A stretch of DNA of 28,393 nt, taken from the IMG/VR virus record IMGVR_UViG_3300022925_000136, positions 1 through 28,393 of that record; one strand, written 5' to 3'. The DNA is from a virus (lineage: Duplodnaviria > Caudoviricetes). The number at the start of each line of letters is the position of its first letter. Position 1 is the stretch's first letter. The notes under the pieces were generated by a model that had not been told where the DNA came from, ran no database searches, and saw only the letters and a program-made list of their open reading frames with translations. A program made the translations under genes and the position numbers. This document shows positions 16,674 through 25,431 of this stretch, piece by piece.

Positions 16674-18713
16674 TTAAGGTAATACTTCGATTAAGTCTGA
16701 TGTTGTCTGTGAAGTCCCGTTATAAACCGTTTCAATTTTTTTATTAAAAAATGCAGTATAATTTTCTGGTATGGTTGGCATACCAACACCCACTTGAGAA
16801 TGTAAAGATCCATCAGTATTATAGTTATCATAGTACATAATTAAATTTTCATAATTAACATTATCTTTTAAATAAACCGCAAAATCAAAGGATTTATTAT
16901 TTGAAATTTGACCAGTAAATGAATCATAAACTTCATATACAACAAACTTACCATCTTTAGCAGCTTCTTTTACACCACCAGGAGTTAAGGTTTCTTCTGG
17001 CCCTGGTTTATATAAACCTTCAGCAACAACTAAATTATATCCTTGAAATTGATCGAGTTGATAGAATATATTAATTATCTCTGAATGTGGGTATAAATTT
17101 CTTGCTATATCTTTTCTTTGTTCGGCACTAGTGGTATGATCTAAATTTACTGGATCTTTAGCACTAGCTATAAATTTAGAAATAGGAACACCATTTCCGA
17201 GATTAGTTCCCATAGTAATATCACTCTGTTTATTGGGATCATATTGAGGATCAACTGTTATAGTTCTTTCTACGCCACGTGAGGAAGACTCTCTAAGTGT
17301 ATATTTTTTACTTAAAGCTTCTTCTCGTCTCGATCCTATTGGTGTATAACCAGTTCTGGCAGTTTGAGCTTCACCTTTAATTCTTCCGATTTTTTCTGGT
17401 GCTACAGAAGCAAATCCAGGATTTAAATTATTATTGTCTACCTGACTTTGTAAAAATTTATTATTATTTAAATTTGTTTGCTCTTTTAATTTTGATCTGA
17501 CTTCACTTGTATTTAATTTTTTATCAGTAATACCACCTGAATTTTTTATTTGATTAATACCATGTAATATTCCATCATCTCTATCAATTCTAACTTCTCT
17601 GACCCCTCTATCTTCATTAAATAAAAATGCATTGACAATAGTTGAAGTTGGCTTAAATTTATTACCTTGTGCTACAGGATCTTCTTTACTGTGTGAAGTA
17701 GTATCTACTGATCCACTATGTGACGCTCCTAGAGCAGCGGTACCAGCTTTCATAGCACCTTTTGCTGTACCATTTAAACTCCCATGAAATACCTTTGCTT
17801 TCATAGTTTTCTTTGCTTCAACTTCACTTGCATGCAAAGTTCTATCTACATAACTATTTTGTGAAAACATTGTTACATTATCACCACCGATAGTTCCATC
17901 ATCTCCAAACACTGATATATCTGAAGCAGCAATATTTACATTTGGAGAAGACATACTAATTTCTGATTCAGAAGTTATATATGTATTACCACTATGTGAA
18001 TATTCTGCAGTACCATCAACTTCATTATTAAATTTGCCCTTTGTATATGTGCCAAAGCCGCTTAAGTAAGTATTAGCAACCTTTTGTAATACAGTGGATG
18101 TTTTAGTTTTTTGTATTACCTCATTAAAAAGACCTACAATATTTTTACGATAGTTACCTATTACATTTAAAATATTATTTCCACCAACCTTTATATTATA
18201 ATCGCCTTTTACATCTAAGTTATAATCTCCTTGAACAGTAAGATTTAAATTTCCGTAATAAGTAATACACCCATTGCCTTCAACTGCCATAACATGATTT
18301 TTAGAAACCAGATCAACTCTATTGCCTAAACTATTAACAATAATAGTACCATCAGGTTTTATTTCAACACCAGCACCATCTTTGTGTTTAATAAGTATTC
18401 TTTCTCCGCCAGGAGTATCATTGATTTCAATTATGTGACCAGAGGTTGATTCATTTACTTGATTTAAAGGATAAATGGCTTTTGGTTGTTTTGCAATAGT
18501 AGTTTCGCAGCCTATGGATCCATTTTTAATTTTTAAATTATGGACCTTTGTTCCTCGTGCACCTTTATTAACTGAAGGTTCTCCAACATATTCATCTTTA
18601 GGATATTTACCATCAGGATCAACAAAGCCATCACTAGGGACACCTTCATTATTAACTTGACCTTTGCCGTCTGTGGCAATTCTTTCTTTTATGCTATCAT
18701 TTTCGGTAACCAT
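16674..18713 (-). CDS. gp5 C-terminal part: beta-helix puncturing needle plus long C-terminal extension
   Basis: FVDPDGKYP and YPLNQVNESTSGHIIEINDTPGGERILIKHKDG motifs, and VxGxxxxx octapeptide repeats (VQGDYNLDVKGDYNIKVGGNNILNVIGNY) typical of the gp5 triple beta-helix. No OB fold. It has its own GAGGA Shine-Dalgarno. Confidence 0.85.
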   Translation of the reverse strand: MVTENDSIKERIATDGKGQVNNEGVPSDGFVDPDGKYPKDEYVGEPSVNKGARGTKVHNLKIKNGSIGCETTIAKQPKAIYPLNQVNESTSGHIIEINDTPGGERILIKHKDGAGVEIKPDGTIIVNSLGNRVDLVSKNHVMAVEGNGCITYYGNLNLTVQGDYNLDVKGDYNIKVGGNNILNVIGNYRKNIVGLFNEVIQKTKTSTVLQKVANTYLSGFGTYTKGKFNNEVDGTAEYSHSGNTYITSESEISMSSPNVNIAASDISVFGDDGTIGGDNVTMFSQNSYVDRTLHASEVEAKKTMKAKVFHGSLNGTAKGAMKAGTAALGASHSGSVDTTSHSKEDPVAQGNKFKPTSTIVNAFLFNEDRGVREVRIDRDDGILHGINQIKNSGGITDKKLNTSEVRSKLKEQTNLNNNKFLQSQVDNNNLNPGFASVAPEKIGRIKGEAQTARTGYTPIGSRREEALSKKYTLRESSSRGVERTITVDPQYDPNKQSDITMGTNLGNGVPISKFIASAKDPVNLDHTTSAEQRKDIARNLYPHSEIINIFYQLDQFQGYNLVVAEGLYKPGPEETLTPGGVKEAAKDGKFVVYEVYDSFTGQISNNKSFDFAVYLKDNVNYENLIMYYDNYNTDGSLHSQVGVGMPTIPENYTAFFNKKIETVYNGTSQTTSDLIEVLP

Positions 18714-18723
18714 GATTTATCCT

Positions 18724-20253
18724 CTATGAAGGTTTTGCATTAGTATTACTTGCTCCCACAAGTTCAGACGGAGATAAAGGTGGAAGAGTGCCTGATGCAG
18801 ATTTATTTTTCTTCTTAAATTTATTTTGTATATACTCTTGCATATCAATACCAGGGTCAACCTTTGATTCTGGATCAGTATCATTGTGGCCCCAAACTTG
18901 ACCGCCAGGCCATACAACATAAAAAGCTCTAAGAAATTGATCTAAAGTGTTCCATTGTTCTGATGTAATAGACTCAGCACTAATAAATTTATTATAGTGT
19001 GGATTACCACTATTACAATTATATCCGCCTACCATTGAAACGCCTATACTATACTTATTATGTCCATTAGCTTTTGCGTGTGCACCAATACGATTTAAAG
19101 GTCTTCCTCTCTGAAGTGATCCATCTCTTTTAATTATATAATGGTATGAACAACCTGAAAATCCTCTATTTACTGCTATATTATGTAATTCTTCCGAACC
19201 AACATGACCTTGATCTGTATAATGTGCGGTCCAATGAACAACTGTCTCGGTAATTTCTCTATTAGTTCCTCTAAAATCTGCAATAAGTTCTTCAAAACTA
19301 TCCACAAACTTAAATTCATAAGCACTTGGAACACCCCTATCTACTGTAGAAGAAATAGGGAAATTCTGTTCGTTTGAATTTAATCTTTCTACTTTAGTAG
19401 TAGCAGGCTTTAATTGAGTAAATTGAGAACCCCTACTAGCCACAATATTAGATATTGAAGGATCTATTCTATAAACACTCTTAAGAATACTATCAATATT
19501 GGATGGAGGATTAGGTAGACTTGACAGTTCTTTCTGTATAATATTTACAGCATTTTCTTTTCTTCCTAAAACTATTTCTTGCATAGCTTGATTTAAAACA
19601 GAATCTCTTAGTAAACCATTGGTGTTTGATACAAGCTCGTTTCTTAAAACATCGGTTCCTAATAAAAGTAAATTGGTTAGTATACCACCATCAAAATTAT
19701 TAGTAGAACTAAGTCTGGCTATAGTTGCAGAAGCGAGAGAATTTGCAAATGAACTTTCTCTTGTTGTATCCTTGATATTTGAAATAACCGTGTCTGCAGC
19801 TGCGGTTGTAAGTTGACCTATTAATGAGTCATTTGGATCAATACCACTAATATTACCTATTGTACTAAAAATAGAAAATGGTGATGATGCAATTACGTGA
19901 GATTTTAAATTTCCTAATACTGGAGCTTTACCAGTTATAGCCTGTAAAGCCCTAGTATTTGTTGGAATGGTAGTGAACGCAGAGAAAAATCCCTCAATAG
20001 GATTTTTTAATCTTACTGGACCAATATCTGGTATTGAAGTAAGATCAGCTGTATCGCTTAATGAAGTTAAAGATTCAATATTAGCAACTGTAGTATTTGC
20101 ATTTTTAGCTACTACACTATTTAATGTAGATTGATTAGAAACACTTAAGTTAGAAATAGTTTCTGAAACTTCAGAAATATTTGTCTGTTCTTTTACTCCA
20201 CCTAAAATGGAACTAAAACCGTCTTGGCTAATTGAATTTTTTAATAAAGACAT
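18724..20253 (-). CDS. N-acetylmuramoyl-L-alanine amidase (Amidase_2, T7 lysozyme/AmpD-like) with a ~320-aa N-terminal domain of unknown function
   Basis: VVHWTA, GCSYHYIIKRDGSLQRGRP, GAHAK..GHNKYSIGVSMVGG, WGHND and KVDPG motifs give putative Zn ligands H/H/D. Confidence 0.88.
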   Translation of the reverse strand: MSLLKNSISQDGFSSILGGVKEQTNISEVSETISNLSVSNQSTLNSVVAKNANTTVANIESLTSLSDTADLTSIPDIGPVRLKNPIEGFFSAFTTIPTNTRALQAITGKAPVLGNLKSHVIASSPFSIFSTIGNISGIDPNDSLIGQLTTAAADTVISNIKDTTRESSFANSLASATIARLSSTNNFDGGILTNLLLLGTDVLRNELVSNTNGLLRDSVLNQAMQEIVLGRKENAVNIIQKELSSLPNPPSNIDSILKSVYRIDPSISNIVASRGSQFTQLKPATTKVERLNSNEQNFPISSTVDRGVPSAYEFKFVDSFEELIADFRGTNREITETVVHWTAHYTDQGHVGSEELHNIAVNRGFSGCSYHYIIKRDGSLQRGRPLNRIGAHAKANGHNKYSIGVSMVGGYNCNSGNPHYNKFISAESITSEQWNTLDQFLRAFYVVWPGGQVWGHNDTDPESKVDPGIDMQEYIQNKFKKKNKSASGTLPPLSPSELVGASNTNAKPS

Positions 20254-20266
20254 AAAATAAACTCCA

Positions 20267-21145
20267 TCAAGAACTACTGTATAAATCGTATGCTATTTGA
20301 GCAAAATTAAATCTTTTGCCAAATGTGCCAGGTCTGGGTCTTTCAAATTTTGTTTCAAAAACTCTTGTTGCATCAGATACTGATGTTGAATTTTGCAGTG
20401 CACCATATCCTAACCAAGATTGTGTTTCTAATTCGTGCATCATAAATGGCAACTGTGCCTCAAGTGTTTGATAATCTAGCCCGTTATCATTAGAAAATTC
20501 TATAAGGTCTTCATATCTGGAGCCTCTCCATTGTGCAAGACCAAAAGCTGGTTTACCTACATCATTTGGATTTAATGCTGCAGGATTTAAATTTGATTCC
20601 GCTGTTAAATTGCCTATTACACCAGCAGCTTGTTCGTCGGTTAATCCTTGTTTCTTTAAATAATTAAATATTTTTTCACCATTTGAGCCACCGGGCAAAT
20701 CTTGAGAATCTATTTTACGACCATCAGTGCTTTCGCCGTCTTGAACATTAGTAGATTCTTCTCCATCTAAAGGAACATCTTCTTTACTGTTTCCATTATT
20801 TGTCGCATTTTTCTTTCTTTCAAAATGATGAAGAGACCCCATAACTATAGGCAACTGGGAACTAATACCATCTATAAAGAAACCTACTACCTGTGAACCT
20901 TGTTGAAGTTGAGGCATTTTTCCTATTCCAGAAATACCGCCTTCAGTTGAAGGTACTACAACTTGAGCCCAAGGTAAATCATTTGTTGGTGTTTGCGAAA
21001 CATCAGGGGAATGAATTCCTCTTATTCGTACTTTCACTCTGCCCATCTTAAGAGGATCTTTGTTATTTACAACTATACCAACAAACCATCTAAAATGATC
21101 ACCATAATAATCTTCTTGTAATGTTTTTAAGTTATTATTTCTCAC
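20267..21145 (-). CDS. gp5: gp5 N-terminal part: OB-fold fused to a phage tail lysozyme (Phage_lysozyme2-like)
   Basis: OB-fold: FRWFVGIVVNNKDPLKMGRVKVRIRGIH...LPWAQVVVP...VVGFFIDG. Lysozyme: GLTDEQAAGVIGNLTAESNLNP...FGLAQWRGSR...FETKFERP. GTG start overlaps the upstream TGA and has a GGAGGT Shine-Dalgarno. Confidence 0.9.
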   Translation of the reverse strand: MRNNNLKTLQEDYYGDHFRWFVGIVVNNKDPLKMGRVKVRIRGIHSPDVSQTPTNDLPWAQVVVPSTEGGISGIGKMPQLQQGSQVVGFFIDGISSQLPIVMGSLHHFERKKNATNNGNSKEDVPLDGEESTNVQDGESTDGRKIDSQDLPGGSNGEKIFNYLKKQGLTDEQAAGVIGNLTAESNLNPAALNPNDVGKPAFGLAQWRGSRYEDLIEFSNDNGLDYQTLEAQLPFMMHELETQSWLGYGALQNSTSVSDATRVFETKFERPRPGTFGKRFNFAQIAYDLYSSS

Positions 21146-22494
21146 GTAATACCTCCAGTCGACCGGGGCTTATAACCCAACTTAGCACAAGAAATAACAG
21201 CATTATAAACATTTTCTTGAAATACGTGTCTAGTAGCATATATCATATATGCTCCACTTTTTTTCTTATCCAAATTGTTATCTGGGCTAGAATTTGAAGT
21301 ATCTGATATATTAGAATTAAATGATATATTAATTAAATTGCCCACTGATTTATTTATGCCCCTGTGTAAAAAGTTTTTACCGGGAACTGATATGTCTATT
21401 GAAGATTTATGTAAGAAATGTCTAAGAGATTTTGATTTTGCTTTAAACATATGTGATGCTGTTCCAGAAGCCTCATAATAATTAAAAGAGCCGTCTTCAA
21501 AAGTCTTTGATGGTGCTAACTGACTAATTTCGCTTGTATCATAATTATGCATGGATCCACCAGGAAATGATGTTATACCATCATAGATTGGAAGATTTTG
21601 TCTAGGTGGATATGGAATACTACCAAAGGTTTCTTGTGCATTAATTCTTGAGGTATAAGATTTGTTTTTTATTGTATCTATAAAATTATAAGTAGATCCA
21701 GTAAATCCTTTTCTTGCCATCATTAACTGATCTTCAATATTAGTGTATTTAAAATCTCTTATAGCGTAAAACTGTCTAGGATCTTGAGCTTCAAATCCAG
21801 ATCCAATTGCTTGTGAAAAGGTATAATCATGTGTAAATTGATTAAGTGGTGTTAGATTTAATATTTTTTCTAAGTCCAAAAATCTTAGCTGATCATCACA
21901 TATTGTAGAAAATAAAAAATATGGAAGACCTGTTGCTGAAGATGTTCTATCTTTTATCCAATTAGCTGCATCAATTGGTGTCATATTTGGAACTAGTACT
22001 TTCATATTACCATCTGTATGTTCACTACTTCCAATATTAGCAACACTTCTGCCTAAATATTCACTAAGAATATTATTGATAATTGAACTTGGTACACCAT
22101 TATATGGTTTTTGTACTCTCAGTAATCTTGAATAGTAGCCTATATCCTCTATTAAACTAATACCAACCAACTCAGTATTATCGTTTGATTTTACACTCTG
22201 TACTATTTCAGTTATAATAAACTTTTTTGAGATAATTGTATCAACATTATCTAATGTTGTGGATATTTCAATAGTGACTAATTCGGTTCCGCTAATTTCT
22301 GAAGTTTCTATAATTCTATTTGTGTCAGCAAATACTATTTGGCCTGTTAAATATGGCTTATCAACGTGTTCATATATATTAACTTCATTAATAACAGAGG
22401 TTATATTAAACTCTGTATTAATACTTTGCTTTTCTATTATAATTTTTCTAATAAGAAATTCTGCATTAATTTCTTGATTTGATTTTTCCGCCAT
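21142..22494 (-). CDS. Baseplate hub protein, gp27-like
   Basis: Lies between gp53 and gp5. NIYEHVDKPYLTGQIVFAD, VPNMTPIDAANWI, ISVPG and KSGAYMIYATRHVF motifs fit hub/late-control-D-like proteins. Confidence 0.7.
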   Translation of the reverse strand: MAEKSNQEINAEFLIRKIIIEKQSINTEFNITSVINEVNIYEHVDKPYLTGQIVFADTNRIIETSEISGTELVTIEISTTLDNVDTIISKKFIITEIVQSVKSNDNTELVGISLIEDIGYYSRLLRVQKPYNGVPSSIINNILSEYLGRSVANIGSSEHTDGNMKVLVPNMTPIDAANWIKDRTSSATGLPYFLFSTICDDQLRFLDLEKILNLTPLNQFTHDYTFSQAIGSGFEAQDPRQFYAIRDFKYTNIEDQLMMARKGFTGSTYNFIDTIKNKSYTSRINAQETFGSIPYPPRQNLPIYDGITSFPGGSMHNYDTSEISQLAPSKTFEDGSFNYYEASGTASHMFKAKSKSLRHFLHKSSIDISVPGKNFLHRGINKSVGNLINISFNSNISDTSNSSPDNNLDKKKSGAYMIYATRHVFQENVYNAVISCAKLGYKPRSTGGIT

Positions 22495-23216
22495 TAGATA
22501 TTCTCTCTAAGAGCACTCTTATATGCAACAAAAACACTTGATATAACTTCAGGTTTAAAAATTTTTATAGATTGATTTGCCTGATTTTCCTCTTTATAAT
22601 ATTCAAGATTTGTTACTTCAATTAAAGACGCACCAGGTCCTACTGTAGGATCTATATCAACGATATTATTACCAGATTTATAATATCTTGCTGCATTATA
22701 CTCTGCACTTGAAGAATGCAGAGTAATGGTTTTACTCGGGTCTCCGACTAATTGTATAGTCTCTGTTGGCGTGAAAGTTGGCGTAGATTCTACAGTGATC
22801 GTGCCTAGATTAGAATTTGTTGAAATTATTTTTCCAACTGCAGTTGATTCTTGACCAGTAATAGAATCTCCTACTTTAAATTTATCATAAAAATAATCTC
22901 TGGTTGTAAGAGTAGTGTTGTCATATTTCTTTTTAACATATTGTTCTAAGCTTTTGTTCGATAAAGGCCAACCTTTTGTTTTTAGTTTATCATTAAGTAA
23001 AAAGAATGTCCAATAATAGTCTGTAGTACCATATAGATTTTGAGAAATTTGATCTGGTCTTTCTCCGTCATATAAACTATAGAAAGTGTACATTGAAGAA
23101 TTATCTTTAAATCTATCAATTATATCTACATATGTAGAAAGGTTCTGAGCAAGATTAAATTCTTTCTCATTGCCATATTTGTATATAACTTCTGGAAATC
23201 CTGCAAAAAAAGTCAT
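22494..23216 (-). CDS. gp53: Baseplate wedge protein gp53
   Basis: FFAGFPEVIY and the LysM-like DGERPDQISQNLYGTTDYYWTFFLLND...WPLS motif; NLEYYKEEN. Confidence 0.9.
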   Translation of the reverse strand: MTFFAGFPEVIYKYGNEKEFNLAQNLSTYVDIIDRFKDNSSMYTFYSLYDGERPDQISQNLYGTTDYYWTFFLLNDKLKTKGWPLSNKSLEQYVKKKYDNTTLTTRDYFYDKFKVGDSITGQESTAVGKIISTNSNLGTITVESTPTFTPTETIQLVGDPSKTITLHSSSAEYNAARYYKSGNNIVDIDPTVGPGASLIEVTNLEYYKEENQANQSIKIFKPEVISSVFVAYKSALRENI

Positions 23217-23218
23217 AA

Positions 23219-24265
23219 TTAAAATCCTCTATTAATTCCGCGGGCTCTATCAGCCAATACCGCTTCTGTTCTAGCTTTAGCAGCTGCTGTTGCTTTACTA
23301 GTTATTCCAAGTTTAGCATCATCTTTATTTAAAGTAAATTCTTCAGCAAATGATACTTGTATAGAAACTTCATTAAATTCGCCATCTTTATAAAAACCAC
23401 CAGTAGAATTATATGATGCAGTAAAGGATTTAAGATACATATATTTAAAACTTAAATTAGGATTATCTTTTGCTAAATCTTTTCCATCGTACATTAATTT
23501 TATTTCAAATAAATTAGGGAACTTATAGCCAGCATCTATACTTGCTCCGCCGGTTCCCTCAAGTTTAATGGTTTCTGGATAAAGATTTGTCCTAAAGAAT
23601 GAAACAATATTTTTAATCTCTTCTTGCTCTCTTTTACTTGTTGGAACCATTTTAAAATCAAATGAAAATTCACGAATATTAACTGCTCTAAAAATCATTC
23701 TAGTATTAGGATTAGGTGTTACTCTTAAGGATCCTCTAACAGCATCAGTACCAGGACCCGGCAATCCCGCAGCTAAACGACTAGCACCAAGAGCTGCAGC
23801 AGACCCAGTTAAGTTTCCTTTTAATGTATCAATTAAACTTCCCGTTCCTTCACCAATAGCACTTGCTACTGCTCCAGCAATACCACTGCCGGCATCCATT
23901 GCTCTTGAAGCACCCTCACCTAAAATACCAAGGCTTGCCGTTTCTATGCTTACGCCATCTTGAATTGTAATTGGTGTAGGCATATATAGAGCAACCGATT
24001 GATTGCCACGGCTTTCGGTAGCTTTAGTAATTCCTGAATTATTAAAAATTGAAAATGAGTTTTCAATTACCGATTTAGCGGCTTTTTCTATAGAAATTTC
24101 TCTGGCAGTAGATACATTATCACTAGAAGACTGTGTTTCTGATGCAGAAGCCCTAGTTTGGTAAGTCGGTCCATTTTTAATTATAGGCGTAAATCTAATA
24201 TATGCCTTATACTTATCTCTGTTTTCAATAGGGAACATGTATGTTCCACGAGCGTTATTAACCAT
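23219..24265 (-). CDS. gp48: Baseplate tail-tube cap gp48
   Basis: VALYMP, NPNTRMIFRAVNIREFSFDFKMVPTSKREQEEIKNIVSFFR and YKFPNLFEI motifs; divergent from gp4. Confidence 0.88.
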   Translation of the reverse strand: MVNNARGTYMFPIENRDKYKAYIRFTPIIKNGPTYQTRASASETQSSSDNVSTAREISIEKAAKSVIENSFSIFNNSGITKATESRGNQSVALYMPTPITIQDGVSIETASLGILGEGASRAMDAGSGIAGAVASAIGEGTGSLIDTLKGNLTGSAAALGASRLAAGLPGPGTDAVRGSLRVTPNPNTRMIFRAVNIREFSFDFKMVPTSKREQEEIKNIVSFFRTNLYPETIKLEGTGGASIDAGYKFPNLFEIKLMYDGKDLAKDNPNLSFKYMYLKSFTASYNSTGGFYKDGEFNEVSIQVSFAEEFTLNKDDAKLGITSKATAAAKARTEAVLADRARGINRGF

Positions 24266-24278
24266 CTAAATTATTCCT

Positions 24279-24286
24279 AATAAATA
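24279..24286 (+). promoter_or_regulatory. Late-promoter variant AATAAATA for the gp4 operon
   Basis: 7/8 match to TATAAATA in the gp48/gp4 intergenic region. Confidence 0.6.
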
Positions 24287-24301
24287 GAATTATCTTATTC
24301 T

Positions 24302-24309
24302 TATTTATA
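24302..24309 (-). promoter_or_regulatory. T4-type late promoter TATAAATA for the gp48 operon
   Basis: Exact match on the minus strand, 37 nt upstream of the gp48 ATG. Confidence 0.85.
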
Positions 24310-24328
24310 TAATTAAAATGAAAGTATT

Positions 24329-24823
24329 ATGAAAACATACCAAGGAAAATATAAAGTAAAGTACAGATCAAAATATCGTGGTGATCCAGATAATGTAATT
24401 TACAGATCTATGTGGGAAAGACACTGTTTTAAATGGTGTGATAATAATCCTTCAATAAAAACTTGGGCATCTGAAGAAGTTGTAGTACCATACTTCTATG
24501 AAGTCGATAAAAAATATCATCGTTACTTTGTTGATCTAAAGATAACATTTAAAGATGGTAAGACTATTATTGTAGAAATTAAACCAGATAGTCAAACAAT
24601 TCCTCCAAAATTTACAGGAAGAAAAACTAAAAGATATATTAATGAGGGTATGACTTATGTTAAGAATATGAATAAATGGAAAGCTGCTAAAAACTTTGCT
24701 GAGGATAGAAATTGGGAGTTTCAGATTTGGACAGAAAAGACACTACAAAGTATGGGCATAATGCCAAAGCAGTCTAAGATGAAGAGTCTTCCGAAGATGA
24801 AAAAAATTAAAAAATCATTATAA
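24329..24823 (+). CDS. gp4: Head completion nuclease gp4 (TnsA-like PD-(D/E)XK fold)
   Basis: KYRGDPDNVIYRSMWE, WASEEVVVPY, HRYFVD, IVEIKP, NMNKWKAA and FQIWTE motifs. Confidence 0.95.
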   Translation: MKTYQGKYKVKYRSKYRGDPDNVIYRSMWERHCFKWCDNNPSIKTWASEEVVVPYFYEVDKKYHRYFVDLKITFKDGKTIIVEIKPDSQTIPPKFTGRKTKRYINEGMTYVKNMNKWKAAKNFAEDRNWEFQIWTEKTLQSMGIMPKQSKMKSLPKMKKIKKSL

Positions 24824-24826
24824 ATA
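24819..24826 (+). promoter_or_regulatory. T4-type late promoter TATAAATA containing the gp4 stop codon, 5 nt before the gp2 ATG
   Basis: Sequence TATAAATActacaATG. Confidence 0.8.
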
Positions 24827-24831
24827 CTACA

Positions 24832-25431
24832 ATGGCAAGTATATTTCAGAATCTTGAGATCGAAGCGTTTAGAGCAGGTATTAACCCTCGGACACAAGAA
24901 TCAAGAGATTGGTTTAGAAAAAGAATTGGTGCTTTACGTGGCGGAGCAATGCGTAGAATCAATAGAAATCAACTATTGAGAGATGAAGAGTTGACGCTTG
25001 AAAATAGAGCTGTTATTGGCAATATGTATATGTTTTTCTATGATCCAAAACATAAAGATAAGTTGCCATATTATGATGGATTTCCATTAGTGATACCAAT
25101 TGGACCAGCTGAAAAAGGCTTTCTTGGTTTAAATTTACATTACTTACCGCCTGTACTTAGGGCTAAATTACTTGATGGTCTTATGGATACAACAAATAAT
25201 AAACGGTTTGATGAGTCAACAAAGTTTAATATAAAATATCAACAATTAAAGAGTGCGTCTAATCTAAGATATTTTAAACCGTGTGTAAAGCACTATTTAA
25301 ATTCAAATGTAAGAAGTAGATATGCAAAGGTTGATTCACCAGAATGGGAGATAGCAACATTTCTTCCAACTGCATCTTGGAATAAATCCAGTGGTTCTGC
25401 AGTATATAGAGCATCAAGGAAAATGATCTAA
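24832..25431 (+). CDS. gp2: DNA end protector protein gp2
   Basis: GNMYMFFYDPKHKDKLPYYDGFPLV, GFLGLNLHYLPP and PCVKHYL...WEIATFLP motifs. Confidence 0.95.
   Translation: MASIFQNLEIEAFRAGINPRTQESRDWFRKRIGALRGGAMRRINRNQLLRDEELTLENRAVIGNMYMFFYDPKHKDKLPYYDGFPLVIPIGPAEKGFLGLNLHYLPPVLRAKLLDGLMDTTNNKRFDESTKFNIKYQQLKSASNLRYFKPCVKHYLNSNVRSRYAKVDSPEWEIATFLPTASWNKSSGSAVYRASRKMI

Noticed and set aside
18714-20269. Stop-codon readthrough or recoding that would reunite the three gp5 pieces
   Set aside because: The downstream ORFs are out of frame with the upstream stops (gaps of 13 and 10 nt), have their own Shine-Dalgarno sites, and show no slippery site at these junctions.
24329-24823. gp4 as a transposase (TnsA) or homing endonuclease
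   Set aside because: Motifs and gp4-gp2 synteny identify the core head-completion gene; there are no terminal repeats or partner transposition genes.
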